Source: Giardia intestinalis
Taxonomy: Eukaryota
Length of the DNA stretch: 64,000 bases
Strand: one strand, 5' to 3'
Assembly: GCA_000002435.2 (NCBI GenBank)
Contig: CM018793.1
Shown here in pieces: positions 10,990-20,145 of this stretch; within the stretch, counting starts at the first letter, position 1, and every line of letters starts with the position of its first letter. The translations under genes were made by a program, and so were the position numbers. The notes under the pieces are model-generated. The model was not told where the DNA came from. It did no database searches and saw only the letters and a program-made list of their open reading frames with translations.

Positions 10990-11333
10990 ACAGCGCCCAG
11001 GGCAGGCCGCGCAGGCTCTTGCCCTGCCCTCCGCAGAGGGGCTTGAGGAAAGGCCTTCCAGGCGCCCGCACGACACCTCGGTGCGACATACCGGCAGCGC
11101 CGGCGTCATTTTATTTTCCGGGAGAGATTCCGATTTGCAATGGTTTGGGTTTTTTGGAAGACGGCGCCGGGTCCCGGGGCGGCCCAGCGCGTGGCGCCGC
11201 GGCATCTCCGGCGGCCGAGAGGCTTGCGGGGGCGCGGGCCGCCGCTCCGACCCAGGGCGCAGGGCCAGCGGCGGCGGGGCAGAGTAGGGCCCGCGGGGCG
11301 GGAGTCCGGCCCAGAGTGTGGGATGGTTGTGGG

Positions 11334-11482
11334 TCTGCTTCGCCATCGTTGGTGCTGTCGTGGATTGGCCGATGCTCGGGCCCTCCCGGACCTGCGGGGT
11401 GCCTCGTGCGGTGACGATGGAGTCCTCCTTGATGTCGAAGGATGAAAGCCCCGTCGTAGTTGAGGCTGTGGAAGTGGACGAG
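11334..11482 (-). pseudogene. Decayed pPolB fragment (Exo II region NRPQLVHFHSLNYDGAFIL...FDIKEDSIVT) at the inner edge of the left outer IR
   Basis: Translated fragment aligns to residues ~565-600 of the intact pPolB (NRPQLVYFHNLNYDGAFVLPYFDVKKDSIVT) with frameshifting deletions; mirrored at 52372-52520(+). Confidence 0.6.
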
Positions 11483-11949
11483 CTGGGGCCTGTTAGCTAT
11501 TGCGAGCTTGACGAAGGCAGCCCGGACCACGGGGTGCTCCCTTGCACTGGACGGTTTACTCACCACTTAATGGAGGCACTGACCTGTGGCCACAGAGGTC
11601 CGCCACGAGATTGCCCAGAAGCAGCCAAGGTGTCTGTCAAGGGTCCGTGCGCATAAGCTTCACCGGCCTCTCTCAGAGTTTTTACTCTGTCCGTACTAAC
11701 GAGGGGGGACATAAAGAAGCTTATACTCAGGATATGGTTCGAATGGCTCCGGCTGCGAACCATACGTGGCCACTACAACAGGCCGGACCCCGGTGGGAAG
11801 TAGGCCGTCTAACATCGCCTTATCTCTGACGTCCTCCAAGCGAAGAAGCATGCGCGCAAAGCGGTGAGTACATGGGGAAGGGTCTGCCCAAGGCGCCCAC
11901 AGGGTGTTGCAGGGGCCTCTCCGGGAGGAAGGGCCGGAACCCTCCCCGC

Positions 11950-11995
11950 GCGCGTATATCTAGGGATATAGGGGTATATAGTATAGGTATAGGGA
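11950..11995. promoter_or_regulatory. Conserved motif GTATAT(C)TAGGGATATAGGGGTATATA marking the left limit of element-A homology to element B
   Basis: Same ~35 bp motif recurs at 31450-31495 in element B between the structural and replication modules; sequences upstream differ completely. Confidence 0.4.
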
Positions 11996-12136
11996 CAGGA
12001 CTATAATAGTTTATGTCAATATGGCGCAATATACTAATAAATGTGAAATGAACACAAGTGTTTTGTGCAATGGTCACAAACGAAATGTGAACTTAGCACA
12101 AAATAAATGTGCACTGGTCACAGCGCCTCAAATAAA

Positions 12137-12622
12137 ATGCTGGCAGACGTCGTGGGCTTCTCAGAGATCCCCCCTTGCCCTGTTATGGATTCAAATGGTA
12201 AACTAACTCTTCCCAAGCCGCTCGAGCACTATGTCTCGGCGGCGAAACTCTCCCCCCGCAGGCGCCACAAAGGCCGTGAGCTCCTCCAGGAGGCGCTAAA
12301 CAAGGCCTGGGACTCCAAAAAGGAGCTCCAGGACCAAATGTTCAAGCTCTCCGTAAGGGCCGACCGCGACAAGCAAGAGATCGCCGAGCTCAAGGAAAAG
12401 CTTCGCCAGAGCGAGAAGCTGGAGTCTCTCCTTGCGGAAACGAGGCGCAACAACGACTATCTCTCGCAAGCGCTCACGAGAGCTCAGGAGAGGGAAACGG
12501 AGCTCCTAAAGGAACTGGAGGCCGCTAAACAGCAAAATGCGCGCCTTAACGACATGCGCGAGAGCCAGGCGCTTTATACACGCGACCTAGAGGCGGTTCT
12601 CAATAAGATAATGAGTAAATGA
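12137..12622 (+). CDS. Coiled-coil protein (element A specific)
   Basis: ORF 12107-12622; start reassigned to the ATG abutting CTCAAATAAAATG; heptad-rich sequence (ELQDQMFKLS...EIAELKEKLRQSEKLESLLAE). Confidence 0.4.
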   Translation: MLADVVGFSEIPPCPVMDSNGKLTLPKPLEHYVSAAKLSPRRRHKGRELLQEALNKAWDSKKELQDQMFKLSVRADRDKQEIAELKEKLRQSEKLESLLAETRRNNDYLSQALTRAQERETELLKELEAAKQQNARLNDMRESQALYTRDLEAVLNKIMSK

Positions 12623-12671
12623 TCCTAAATAGGCCTATATAGCTTGAATAAAGGAAATCAGGGCCGTTTAC

Positions 12672-13361
12672 TTAAAAATAGAGCTTTTGGGCTTTTATTG
12701 CCACCTTGCGGCAAAGGGGGCACTCTATCGGCCTTCCGCGGATCCTTGCTTGCTCATCGAGGACATTAGCGCATTGTTCGCAGTAGGCGGCATGTCCACA
12801 GGGCATTAGAACGTGCGTGCGCTCCCTGTCTAGGCAGATCACGCACGCAGGCATGGTTACCTTATCGGGCAGACTGCGGCGAAGCATAGGGCGTATTCCG
12901 GCTGCTCGGCGCTTATAGCGCGCACAGGCCTTGCGGACGCGGCTATTTTCCTTCATCAACGCGCTTATCTCGCCTGTGAGCTCGTCGATGCGTTCCTCGG
13001 CTGCGTCGGCGACGTCTGCGGCCGCTCTGTAGTCGAGGATGGCCTCCTCCAGCTCCCTGTTTAGCTTTTCGCACTGTGCGTAGTATGTCTTAAGGCGAGC
13101 CTCGTAGTTCTTATGGAGGATCTCCTGGTCGAATTTTGACGCTTTTAGTGTCTCTCGCAGCCTCTTCAGCTTGAGGCCGCGGTGCGAGGACTGGGCGATG
13201 GCGTGGCGCAAAAGCTGCTTATCGGTCATATCAAGGTCCAGCTCGCTTACCGTGGTAGACGAGCTGGAGACCTCTTCCGATGGAGCGGGGCATGAGGGTC
13301 GCGCAGGAAGGCCTGCAATGCCAGGAAAACTCCCTATAACGTCAAAGACAGGCGTAATCAT
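12672..13361 (-). CDS. RING-finger (C3HC4) coiled-coil protein, putative E3 ubiquitin ligase (element A)
   Basis: C-terminal CVICLDRERTHVLMPCGHAAYCEQCANVLDEQARIRGRPIECPLCRKV = C3HC4 RING; paralogue in element B at 32008-32607. Confidence 0.65.
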   Translation of the reverse strand: MITPVFDVIGSFPGIAGLPARPSCPAPSEEVSSSSTTVSELDLDMTDKQLLRHAIAQSSHRGLKLKRLRETLKASKFDQEILHKNYEARLKTYYAQCEKLNRELEEAILDYRAAADVADAAEERIDELTGEISALMKENSRVRKACARYKRRAAGIRPMLRRSLPDKVTMPACVICLDRERTHVLMPCGHAAYCEQCANVLDEQARIRGRPIECPLCRKVAIKAQKLYF

Positions 13362-13512
13362 CTAGACGGGTCTTTTTCTCAATATACAATTTCACTTTAA
13401 AATGCTTTGCCGGCGTATATTATAGTGTAACATAGCAAAGTAGTGTAAATAAGAAAAATGGCGCCAAGGACCTCATAGCGCCTGGAGGTTAAAGAAGTGT
13501 AAATCAGCTCAT

Positions 13513-13995
13513 TTACTCATCGCTTTCCTCCTGGAAGTCCTTCGGTATGAAGCCGTGCTTGTAATAGAAGTCTTCCAGGGCGAGGCAGGCCTCCAGGTGG
13601 TCGCGGGCGAGGTCGTGGCGTTGCTCCGAGCTGTAGACGATCCAATTGCCAAGCATGTCGCGCCGCTTGAAGATCTGGATCGCCTTCAGCTGGAGGAGCC
13701 CGTCCGCCGCGCTGAGAACGTCAGGAAGGAGCCTAGAAAAGAAGTTGCTGCACCGTTCTACGTATAGATCGATGAGCATCAGGCGGTTCTTGTTGATGCG
13801 GGCGATCTGGGCCGCCCGGAGCCCGTTGCGGCGGCGGAACGAGCTTTGGCGTAAACCCTTCCGCGGCACCCGTTCGGTCCGGAGGCGGTGGAGCTGCTTC
13901 GTGTACGCGCTGATCAGCTCCCAGAGGCGCCCCTGGGACTCTGCCGCGTCGCACACCAGGATGGCGGGAATGTGGCCGAAAGCTGGTAGGAACAT
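13513..13995 (-). CDS. Hypothetical protein (160 aa), conserved between elements A and B
   Basis: ORF 13513-14187 trimmed to Met65 (MFLPAFGHIPAIL), which aligns with the start of the B paralogue (MPYLPPFGFVPEIL); conserved GAAAGAAAAAG upstream motif. Confidence 0.45.
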   Translation of the reverse strand: MFLPAFGHIPAILVCDAAESQGRLWELISAYTKQLHRLRTERVPRKGLRQSSFRRRNGLRAAQIARINKNRLMLIDLYVERCSNFFSRLLPDVLSAADGLLQLKAIQIFKRRDMLGNWIVYSSEQRHDLARDHLEACLALEDFYYKHGFIPKDFQEESDE

Positions 13996-14067
13996 TTGAA
14001 GGCTTTTTCTTTCGATTTGAGAATCGAATTTAAAGTGTTTGCAACATATACGCCGCACAAAAAATAA

Positions 14068-16542
14068 ATGACGACGAGCTACATCCAGAGCGGCGGCGCA
14101 AGCCTCGAAATCGACCCGCTGACCGGCGAACTCACGTACGAGGACTTCCTCAACGCCATTGAGAAGGCCGAGCTGGAGCCTATCCAACCACCCAAGATCG
14201 ACCTGGGGAGCCCGTATTCCATATTCGGCATTCCCCTTGTCGATCAGATGTTCTCAGACGTCCTCGAGAACATCGACCTCTTCAAACAGGACATCGACAA
14301 GTTCATCGACTACCTCAAACGGAAGATCAAGCTGACGATCAACTGGACTGTGGCGCTTGCCGGCGTCACAACGATCTCGGCGCTCATCGGCGTGATCACC
14401 AGGGAAATCACCAACGCCATCTTCAACATAAAGCGAAAGCAAGAGTGGGAGGACCTCAACGACCCGGACGCTAAGGCAGAGATGATCCCCCAGGCAGACA
14501 TAGAGGCCAAGGAGGAGATCAGCGAAATGAGCGGGGAGGACATCGAACCGCCAAGTCTAGGAGAGATCGAGGAGCCCGTGCTCGATGAAGAAGGGAACGA
14601 GATGTTAAACCCCGACGGCACAACAATGATGACAACCCGCATCGTAGAACTGCCGCGGGACATCTCGGACCAGTACGACCCGATCCCCGAGCCGGTCGAT
14701 CTCTCCGAGGAGCCTCTTACGCCCGAGCTGGCCGAAGAGATAGAGGAGAACGAGGGCGACATCACCCTAGACGTAATCAATAAGCTTATGATGGAGTTCG
14801 ACCCGCAGGGGGTCACCCACGAGCAGAACAACGAGTGGCTCATCGATAGAGGGGTCTACATCCTGCATATCCCCCATCTGTTCCTCAAAAGGGAATGCCT
14901 CCCAGGCGGAATAAGAGCCGGAATCATAAATGGCGCCTGCGGCATGATTAACGGCGTCGTCATGCCTGCCGTGGCGGAACGCTATTCGCGCACGTACAGG
15001 CGGAGAGTTCACGTCTGTCCCTACGAGGAATCCAAAACGCATGCAGACAAGGAGCAATCCCCGGGCGGCAACCTCATGAACGTCCACTGCTGCATGTGCT
15101 TTGAAAAGAAGCGTGTTCTTAAGAAGGGAGATCCCTTATGGGCCGCCAATGTCTGCACCTGCATGCCGCCCTGCGAGTGTCCGTGCCACGAACGCTCGAC
15201 GAGACACATAAGGTATCTGAAGAAGACCTGCAGATCGTTTGCTCAAGAGGCTCCGTTGACTGGCTGGTGGGTTGGTTCTGATTGTATGGGAGACAGTCAT
15301 AAAACATATGAAAAAGACGATTATAACTGTCGATTCTACCCTTATATCTGCTATGAAAATGAAACGTCCGAACGGATAACAGACAAGCCAGAAAGTCGGT
15401 TTAATGTAATTCAGATCTGCCCGTTCTGCCAGATAATGTATGCCTACATCAATATCGTCGGAAAAGGCTACAAGCTCCACCGCTCCAACACAGAGGTCTA
15501 CATCTTCTTCACGAAGGGCGCCAACTCGACGCTGCTCCTCGGCGAGCCGGCGAAGTATTTGGTAACCGGCCCGGCGACCAACAAGACCTTCGACTATATC
15601 AATAAAAACGATAGCGCCTTCGACGACGCCATCTGGGGCCGTAAACCGTTATTCGAGTACCAGGGGCCTATCCAATGCAAGTGCTCCATTGGTCGCCCCA
15701 TATGCACGGCCGCCTTTAAGGGTAATGCCAACGAAGCACACACCAACCTCGTCACATATATAAAGGGCCACGCGCAGAAGATCAAGTACATCTACATGCC
15801 GGACTTCGAGGTGACGGGCGGCGATCCCTGGTGGTACAACGACCAGCACGACTACCAGTCGATCAAGGACCTCTGCATCTTCGACGGCATCCTCGAGCAC
15901 AAGGTCCCCGAGCACGTCTACCGCTTCTACGAGTACCGCCGGCTCCTCGACAAGACGTGGTTCCCGCGGCTCTACCAGGACATCTACAACCAGCTCACCA
16001 AGGACTATCCCGACATTCCCTCAGGCATGGACCATCCCACGGCCAAGAAGTGGAAGAACTGGAAGGCCTGGATGGCGATCGACAAGTTATTGAACGACCT
16101 CATCCCCATCCCGGAGATCTACCCGGAGCTCGCGGACAACCCGAATCCCCTCTTCGCGCGAAAGCCGGTGGGCTGGGAGCAGGCCAGTGAGTGGGGGACA
16201 GAGGCCGTGCCGTACTCGCTTCGCCTTCCCGAGGAACTCCAGCGCATTAAGGACTACCTCATACTGCTGGACAAATACTACCCGGGCTGGAGAGCGTTTC
16301 GCGATGAGCACGATCCGGGCTGGTGGAGCGACTTCTGGCGGCAGATCCCCGTCATCGACAAGGACGCGCGGACGACCATCTTCCTCTACAGCGACCTCCG
16401 GATCGACAGGTATAAATTCGAGATCACCGGGGAGCCCGAGTGGTGGCGCGACTTCTGGGGCCCCACGATCAAGGACAACCTCCCCGACCCCGAGAGACCC
16501 CGCTCGTACCAGGAGGTCCTCGAGGTCGTAAAGGATTACTAA
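14068..16542 (+). CDS. Cys-rich protein with one predicted TM helix (824 aa), element A
   Basis: N-terminal SLEIDPLTGEL, hydrophobic VALAGVTTISALIGVI, acidic stretch, Cys cluster CCMCFEKK...CTCMPPCECPCH; paralogue 33776-36205; start abuts AAAAAATAAATG. Confidence 0.6.
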   Translation: MTTSYIQSGGASLEIDPLTGELTYEDFLNAIEKAELEPIQPPKIDLGSPYSIFGIPLVDQMFSDVLENIDLFKQDIDKFIDYLKRKIKLTINWTVALAGVTTISALIGVITREITNAIFNIKRKQEWEDLNDPDAKAEMIPQADIEAKEEISEMSGEDIEPPSLGEIEEPVLDEEGNEMLNPDGTTMMTTRIVELPRDISDQYDPIPEPVDLSEEPLTPELAEEIEENEGDITLDVINKLMMEFDPQGVTHEQNNEWLIDRGVYILHIPHLFLKRECLPGGIRAGIINGACGMINGVVMPAVAERYSRTYRRRVHVCPYEESKTHADKEQSPGGNLMNVHCCMCFEKKRVLKKGDPLWAANVCTCMPPCECPCHERSTRHIRYLKKTCRSFAQEAPLTGWWVGSDCMGDSHKTYEKDDYNCRFYPYICYENETSERITDKPESRFNVIQICPFCQIMYAYINIVGKGYKLHRSNTEVYIFFTKGANSTLLLGEPAKYLVTGPATNKTFDYINKNDSAFDDAIWGRKPLFEYQGPIQCKCSIGRPICTAAFKGNANEAHTNLVTYIKGHAQKIKYIYMPDFEVTGGDPWWYNDQHDYQSIKDLCIFDGILEHKVPEHVYRFYEYRRLLDKTWFPRLYQDIYNQLTKDYPDIPSGMDHPTAKKWKNWKAWMAIDKLLNDLIPIPEIYPELADNPNPLFARKPVGWEQASEWGTEAVPYSLRLPEELQRIKDYLILLDKYYPGWRAFRDEHDPGWWSDFWRQIPVIDKDARTTIFLYSDLRIDRYKFEITGEPEWWRDFWGPTIKDNLPDPERPRSYQEVLEVVKDY

Positions 16543-16543
16543 T

Positions 16544-19500
16544 TCACAAGCTGTAGTTCTCGACCGAGCTCCTGGCCCAGTACCAGATCGCCACCCGCTG
16601 GCCGCCGCCAATCTTGCCGATGCTTTTATCATATGCAAAGCGTAGCGTGACGTTGATGTAGCTGTCATTGGAGTTGCCTTCGCGATAGTCGTTCCAGGCC
16701 ACGAAGACGCGGTCGTAGGACGTCACCCAGACGTCGTAGGGCACAATCGAGACGATGCAGTCGTTGCTCTTGCTGATGGCGTCGCTGGGGAGGCTGGACA
16801 TGGAGATCCGCATGAAGCCGTTGCCGTCCGTCGTCTGGCCGGGGATCCACTTCCGGACGAGGTACTGGTACTTCAGCTCTCGGCAGACATAGGTCAGCTT
16901 GTTTGACTGGGCGTTGAGCGTCGCGATGCTGTCCCGGTTCAGCCGGATCGAACTCTCAAAGCCGGAGACGGTCGACTCGAGCCTACTGAGCCTGCTCGAT
17001 GCGGAGCTCAGCGAGCCCTGGAGGTTGCTCACCGTGACTTTGAGGGAGGCGATCTGGTCCCGGTTCTGCCCAACGGACCTCTTGAGAGTCGTTACTTCGT
17101 CTGTCCATATGGCGATGGTATCTGCGTTGTTCTTGATCCTGGTCTCGTTAGCCCTAATTTTGCCTTCGCAATTGGCCACCCTTGTTGTAAGAGCTGATAG
17201 AGCGGTTTCTTGCGTCCTAGTCGTGTCCCAGAGCCCCCGTATGTTGCTCTCGGCGGCGTTGACCCGCGTCTCGAGGGCCGCATAGTCGGTTGTATTGCTC
17301 TTGAGGTCGTTTATGCTAGTCTTCATCTCAGAAATGTCGCTCTCGTTAGTCGCTATGCGCTCTTCATAACCAGCGAGTCGGCCAGACAGAGTGTTGTAAC
17401 GGTCCGATATCTCTGTAATAGTCACATTGAGTCTCTCGATGGTCGCCCGGTCCTCCTCCCTCTCCCTCTCGAGCGCTGCGACCCGGGCCGACAGACCTGA
17501 CACGTCCTGAATAACCGCAGAATCGTCCTTTGAACCCTCCTTGGACTCTAACGCATCGAGGCGCTCGGTAAGCCTTCTGATCAGCTCGTCTTGCGCCACA
17601 ATGCGCTCGGTGAGGAGCCTCCTCTGCTCGGCCGACCGCTCCTGCTCCTCTTCGATCTGGGCTTCCAAAGCATCGTTGCGGGCAGAGGTCAAACTGCTGA
17701 TGGCCTTAACCTGGTACTGCAGCTCCGCGACGAGCTCCCGCAGGTAGTTGTAGGCGCCCTCGAGCTCGGTCCGGATCCCGCTCATGTCTATGATGCCGCC
17801 GACCGGGTCTGTGAACGAGATCCCGTTCCGCTCGAAGAATTGGACAACGACTGTCATCAGGATCTCGATGCGGTTCCGGAAGTCCATGATGTCATTCTGG
17901 TTCTCGGTGAGTCTCTCGATCCGCTTGGCGTGGACCTTCGCCTCCTCCTGCAGCGCTTCGATGGCTACTTGGTCCTCTCCGGCGATGCTCTGAAGCACCT
18001 TGATGTGATTCTTCGCCCGGGCAGCCTCCAGATGCACGAGGGACACGTCCCGGTTGATGTGCGAGAACTCGTTCCAGATAAACTCGAAGCGGTAGAAGAG
18101 GTCGTCGGTCAGGAACTTGTAGATCCTCTTAAACTTGTAATCGTGCTCGTCGAGCCGGTTCTTCGCCTGGATCGCATAGGCAAGGCCTGTGGAGGCGACG
18201 GTCAGGATAGCCGCGTCCAAGGCATAGCCTACGGCCATGTTGATCACGTTGAGCTTCGATCCGATGCCGCCTGTGTTTCCGCCCTTGTTGATTTTGTCCT
18301 GGAGTTTCTTGTAGTCGTTGTCATCGGCCAAAAGCTTCGCCTTGAGGTACTTGACGGCCGCCTGGAGTTTCGTTATCTCGAGGTCGAGCTTCTTGTTGTT
18401 CCGCTCCAAATTCTGGATCTTGGTCTCGTGCTTCAGGGCCCGCTTGCCCAGATAACGCGTCTGGTGCGTGACACGGCCCTGCGAGAGCTTCTTGAGGTTC
18501 TTGATCTTCAGATAGCTGCCCCCGATCTTGTAATTGCCGCCGATGTGCTTGCGAAGTCCGTTGTCCTCGTCTCCGTCTTCGTCCTGGCCCTGCAGCTGGC
18601 GGTAGAGCCACATCGTCTGCTGGTTGACCGTGGCCGCCATGAAATCTGCCCGGGACACGCGGCCGTAGGGAGAAAGCTTCTGGTTGTTCCTGCCAGCCAG
18701 AGAGCCCCCGACCATCTCATAGAGGTACTGGATCTGCTGGAAGAGGGGCTGCTTGCGGAAGTCATCCTGGGAGATGGCGTTCCCTATGCCGATCTTGCCC
18801 TCCAATGCGTCAGGGATGAGATCGTTATCCCTGGTTTTCTTCTTCTTGAGCTTCCGAGGCTTCTTGGGCTTCTGCTCCTTCTTCTTCTTCTTGAGCAGCG
18901 CCTTCTGGTCCGCCATCGGTAAGAGCTCCTCTCGGAAGGCGTAGTTCCCCATCATCATCCACTGGAGGGCGACGATCTTCTGCACGATCGTGAGCCCCCG
19001 CATGTACTCGGACTTGTTCGTCGTGTCGCGCATGTACTCCTCGGGCTGGAAGTTGTTGTTAAAGCCGACGATCGGGGCCGCCTTCTTCATCGCCTTCGTG
19101 AGCTTCCCGCCGTTGAGGGCGATGTTGAAGATGCCCTTCGGCGTATTCTTGAAGCCGATGATCTCCTCCATGAACTTGACAAGAAATACCAGACACGGGC
19201 CCTTCAACGGAGACATCCCATCTAACATGTTTCCGTTGTAGTCTTTGATCTCGTAGTTGTGGGCATTGCAGTAGTACCGGAGAGCACTGGCCTTGTCTTT
19301 TTCGGTCATGAGCTGCGTCGCGCAATGGACGGTCTTCGGACCAAAATATCCCTGAAGACGATGAGTCAGATTTATGTTCAGATTGCTTCCCAAGAGAGCC
19401 CTCCGTTGATCGTCTCTCAAAGCATTACGCTCGCAGAACTCCTTGAGCACATTGAAGTAATACTCTGACGCAAAGCTAAGCTGATCGACGACCTTCTGAA

Positions 19501-19561
19501 GGCTCTCCTTCGTCACGAACTTCCCATCCAACTGCTCCGTGCGGATGATGAGGTTGTTCAT
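16544..19561 (-). CDS. Large coiled-coil protein (1005 aa) with conserved N- and C-terminal globular domains; possible virion fiber/attachment protein, element A
   Basis: MNNLIIRTEQLDG N-terminus, basic KKKKKEQKPKKPRKLKKKK tract, >300 aa heptad-repeat region, C-terminal beta-rich domain ending WYWARSS; paralogue 36214-39090. Confidence 0.55.
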   Translation of the reverse strand: MNNLIIRTEQLDGKFVTKESLQKVVDQLSFASEYYFNVLKEFCERNALRDDQRRALLGSNLNINLTHRLQGYFGPKTVHCATQLMTEKDKASALRYYCNAHNYEIKDYNGNMLDGMSPLKGPCLVFLVKFMEEIIGFKNTPKGIFNIALNGGKLTKAMKKAAPIVGFNNNFQPEEYMRDTTNKSEYMRGLTIVQKIVALQWMMMGNYAFREELLPMADQKALLKKKKKEQKPKKPRKLKKKKTRDNDLIPDALEGKIGIGNAISQDDFRKQPLFQQIQYLYEMVGGSLAGRNNQKLSPYGRVSRADFMAATVNQQTMWLYRQLQGQDEDGDEDNGLRKHIGGNYKIGGSYLKIKNLKKLSQGRVTHQTRYLGKRALKHETKIQNLERNNKKLDLEITKLQAAVKYLKAKLLADDNDYKKLQDKINKGGNTGGIGSKLNVINMAVGYALDAAILTVASTGLAYAIQAKNRLDEHDYKFKRIYKFLTDDLFYRFEFIWNEFSHINRDVSLVHLEAARAKNHIKVLQSIAGEDQVAIEALQEEAKVHAKRIERLTENQNDIMDFRNRIEILMTVVVQFFERNGISFTDPVGGIIDMSGIRTELEGAYNYLRELVAELQYQVKAISSLTSARNDALEAQIEEEQERSAEQRRLLTERIVAQDELIRRLTERLDALESKEGSKDDSAVIQDVSGLSARVAALEREREEDRATIERLNVTITEISDRYNTLSGRLAGYEERIATNESDISEMKTSINDLKSNTTDYAALETRVNAAESNIRGLWDTTRTQETALSALTTRVANCEGKIRANETRIKNNADTIAIWTDEVTTLKRSVGQNRDQIASLKVTVSNLQGSLSSASSRLSRLESTVSGFESSIRLNRDSIATLNAQSNKLTYVCRELKYQYLVRKWIPGQTTDGNGFMRISMSSLPSDAISKSNDCIVSIVPYDVWVTSYDRVFVAWNDYREGNSNDSYINVTLRFAYDKSIGKIGGGQRVAIWYWARSSVENYSL

Positions 19562-19622
19562 CTATTTTAATTTCGCAACCATTTAGAATCAGAATCTCGT
19601 TTCGGAAAATAAAATGGTGTAA

Positions 19623-20145
19623 ATGGCTACTCTCAAAGACCTTCTGAACACCAATCCAATCGGCATGAGCGAGGAGAACTACGCGCAGCTGCTGCGCTCC
19701 CTCGAGACCCTCAACTACGGCCAGCTGCGCCAGTACGTGCTGGCCCGCCTCAAGCCCCTCGTCGACAACGTCCGCAAGCATCTCCAGGAGGACCCTGTCG
19801 GCTCGATCGACCAGGTCCTCGACTTCCAGGACGCCTTCTGCACCAAGGAGCTGATCCAGACCGTCCGCTGGAACCTCGCGCAGTTCCAGGTGAACGCGAA
19901 GAACCCCCGCAAGGCGCCGGCCGTGCGCAGCAAGGAGGCGACGGAGCTCTCGTACGCGACGGACTACAGCTTCCGGCGCATCGTCTACCCGATCGTCGCA
20001 GACCTCGCGAAGATCCTCTACCTCCGCGCCGAGGAGGCGAACGTCCGGAACCCGAACAGCCTCGTGCGCTACATCCCGCTCCTTATCATGTTCAACCAGC
20101 AGAACGCAATCGGCTACCCGCCCCGCGTCGCCTTCCTCGTGACGC
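19623..20145 (+). pseudogene. N-terminal 174-codon fragment of element-A pPolB, truncated by insertion of element B
   Basis: MATLKDLLNTNP...RVAFLVTP aligns residue-for-residue with residues 1-176 of the intact pPolB at 39160; reading frame runs into the TIR of element B after codon TP. Confidence 0.85.
20140..20145. repeat. Target-site duplication GACGCC (left copy)
   Basis: GACGCC immediately flanks both ends of the 26,015 bp insert; the uninterrupted paralogous pPolB has a single GACGCC at the corresponding site (cgtGACGCCtgccgtc). Confidence 0.8.

Larger units (their letters stand above)
9213..11495. repeat. Outer inverted repeat, left copy (~2.28 kb, ~100% identical to 52365-54641 in reverse complement)
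   Basis: Six-frame ORFs 10164-10703(+) and 53151-53690(-) encode identical 179 aa peptides, as do 9166-9927(-) and 53927-54691(+). Boundary mapped by nucleotide comparison (GATGCCCCGCCGGTCGTG...). GC ~68%. Confidence 0.85.

Noticed and set aside
9400-11600. Dense overlapping ORFs (60-250 aa) on both strands in the outer inverted repeats, mirrored at 52080-54700
   Set aside because: GC ~68% low-complexity sequence; Pro/Arg/Ala-rich translations; every ORF overlapped by others on the opposite strand. Only the promoter-associated 77 aa ORF and the pPolB fragment were kept, at low confidence.
11720-11760. GGTTCGAAT sequence reminiscent of a tRNA T-loop
   Set aside because: Surrounding sequence forms a simple 9 bp hairpin (TATGGTTCG...CGAACCATA) with no acceptor, D or anticodon arms; not a tRNA.
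12107-12136. Upstream extension of the coiled-coil ORF (start at 12107)
   Set aside because: The promoter motif CTCAAATAAAATG abuts the downstream ATG at 12137, so the extension is probably untranslated.
17591-18922. 443 aa ORF antisense to the 1005 aa coiled-coil gene; similar antisense ORFs in 14310-15087, 26978-27844, 27538-28134, 30639-31289 and 38077-38646
   Set aside because: Antisense or alternate-frame artefacts inside better-supported genes; low-complexity L/V/D/E/R-rich composition.
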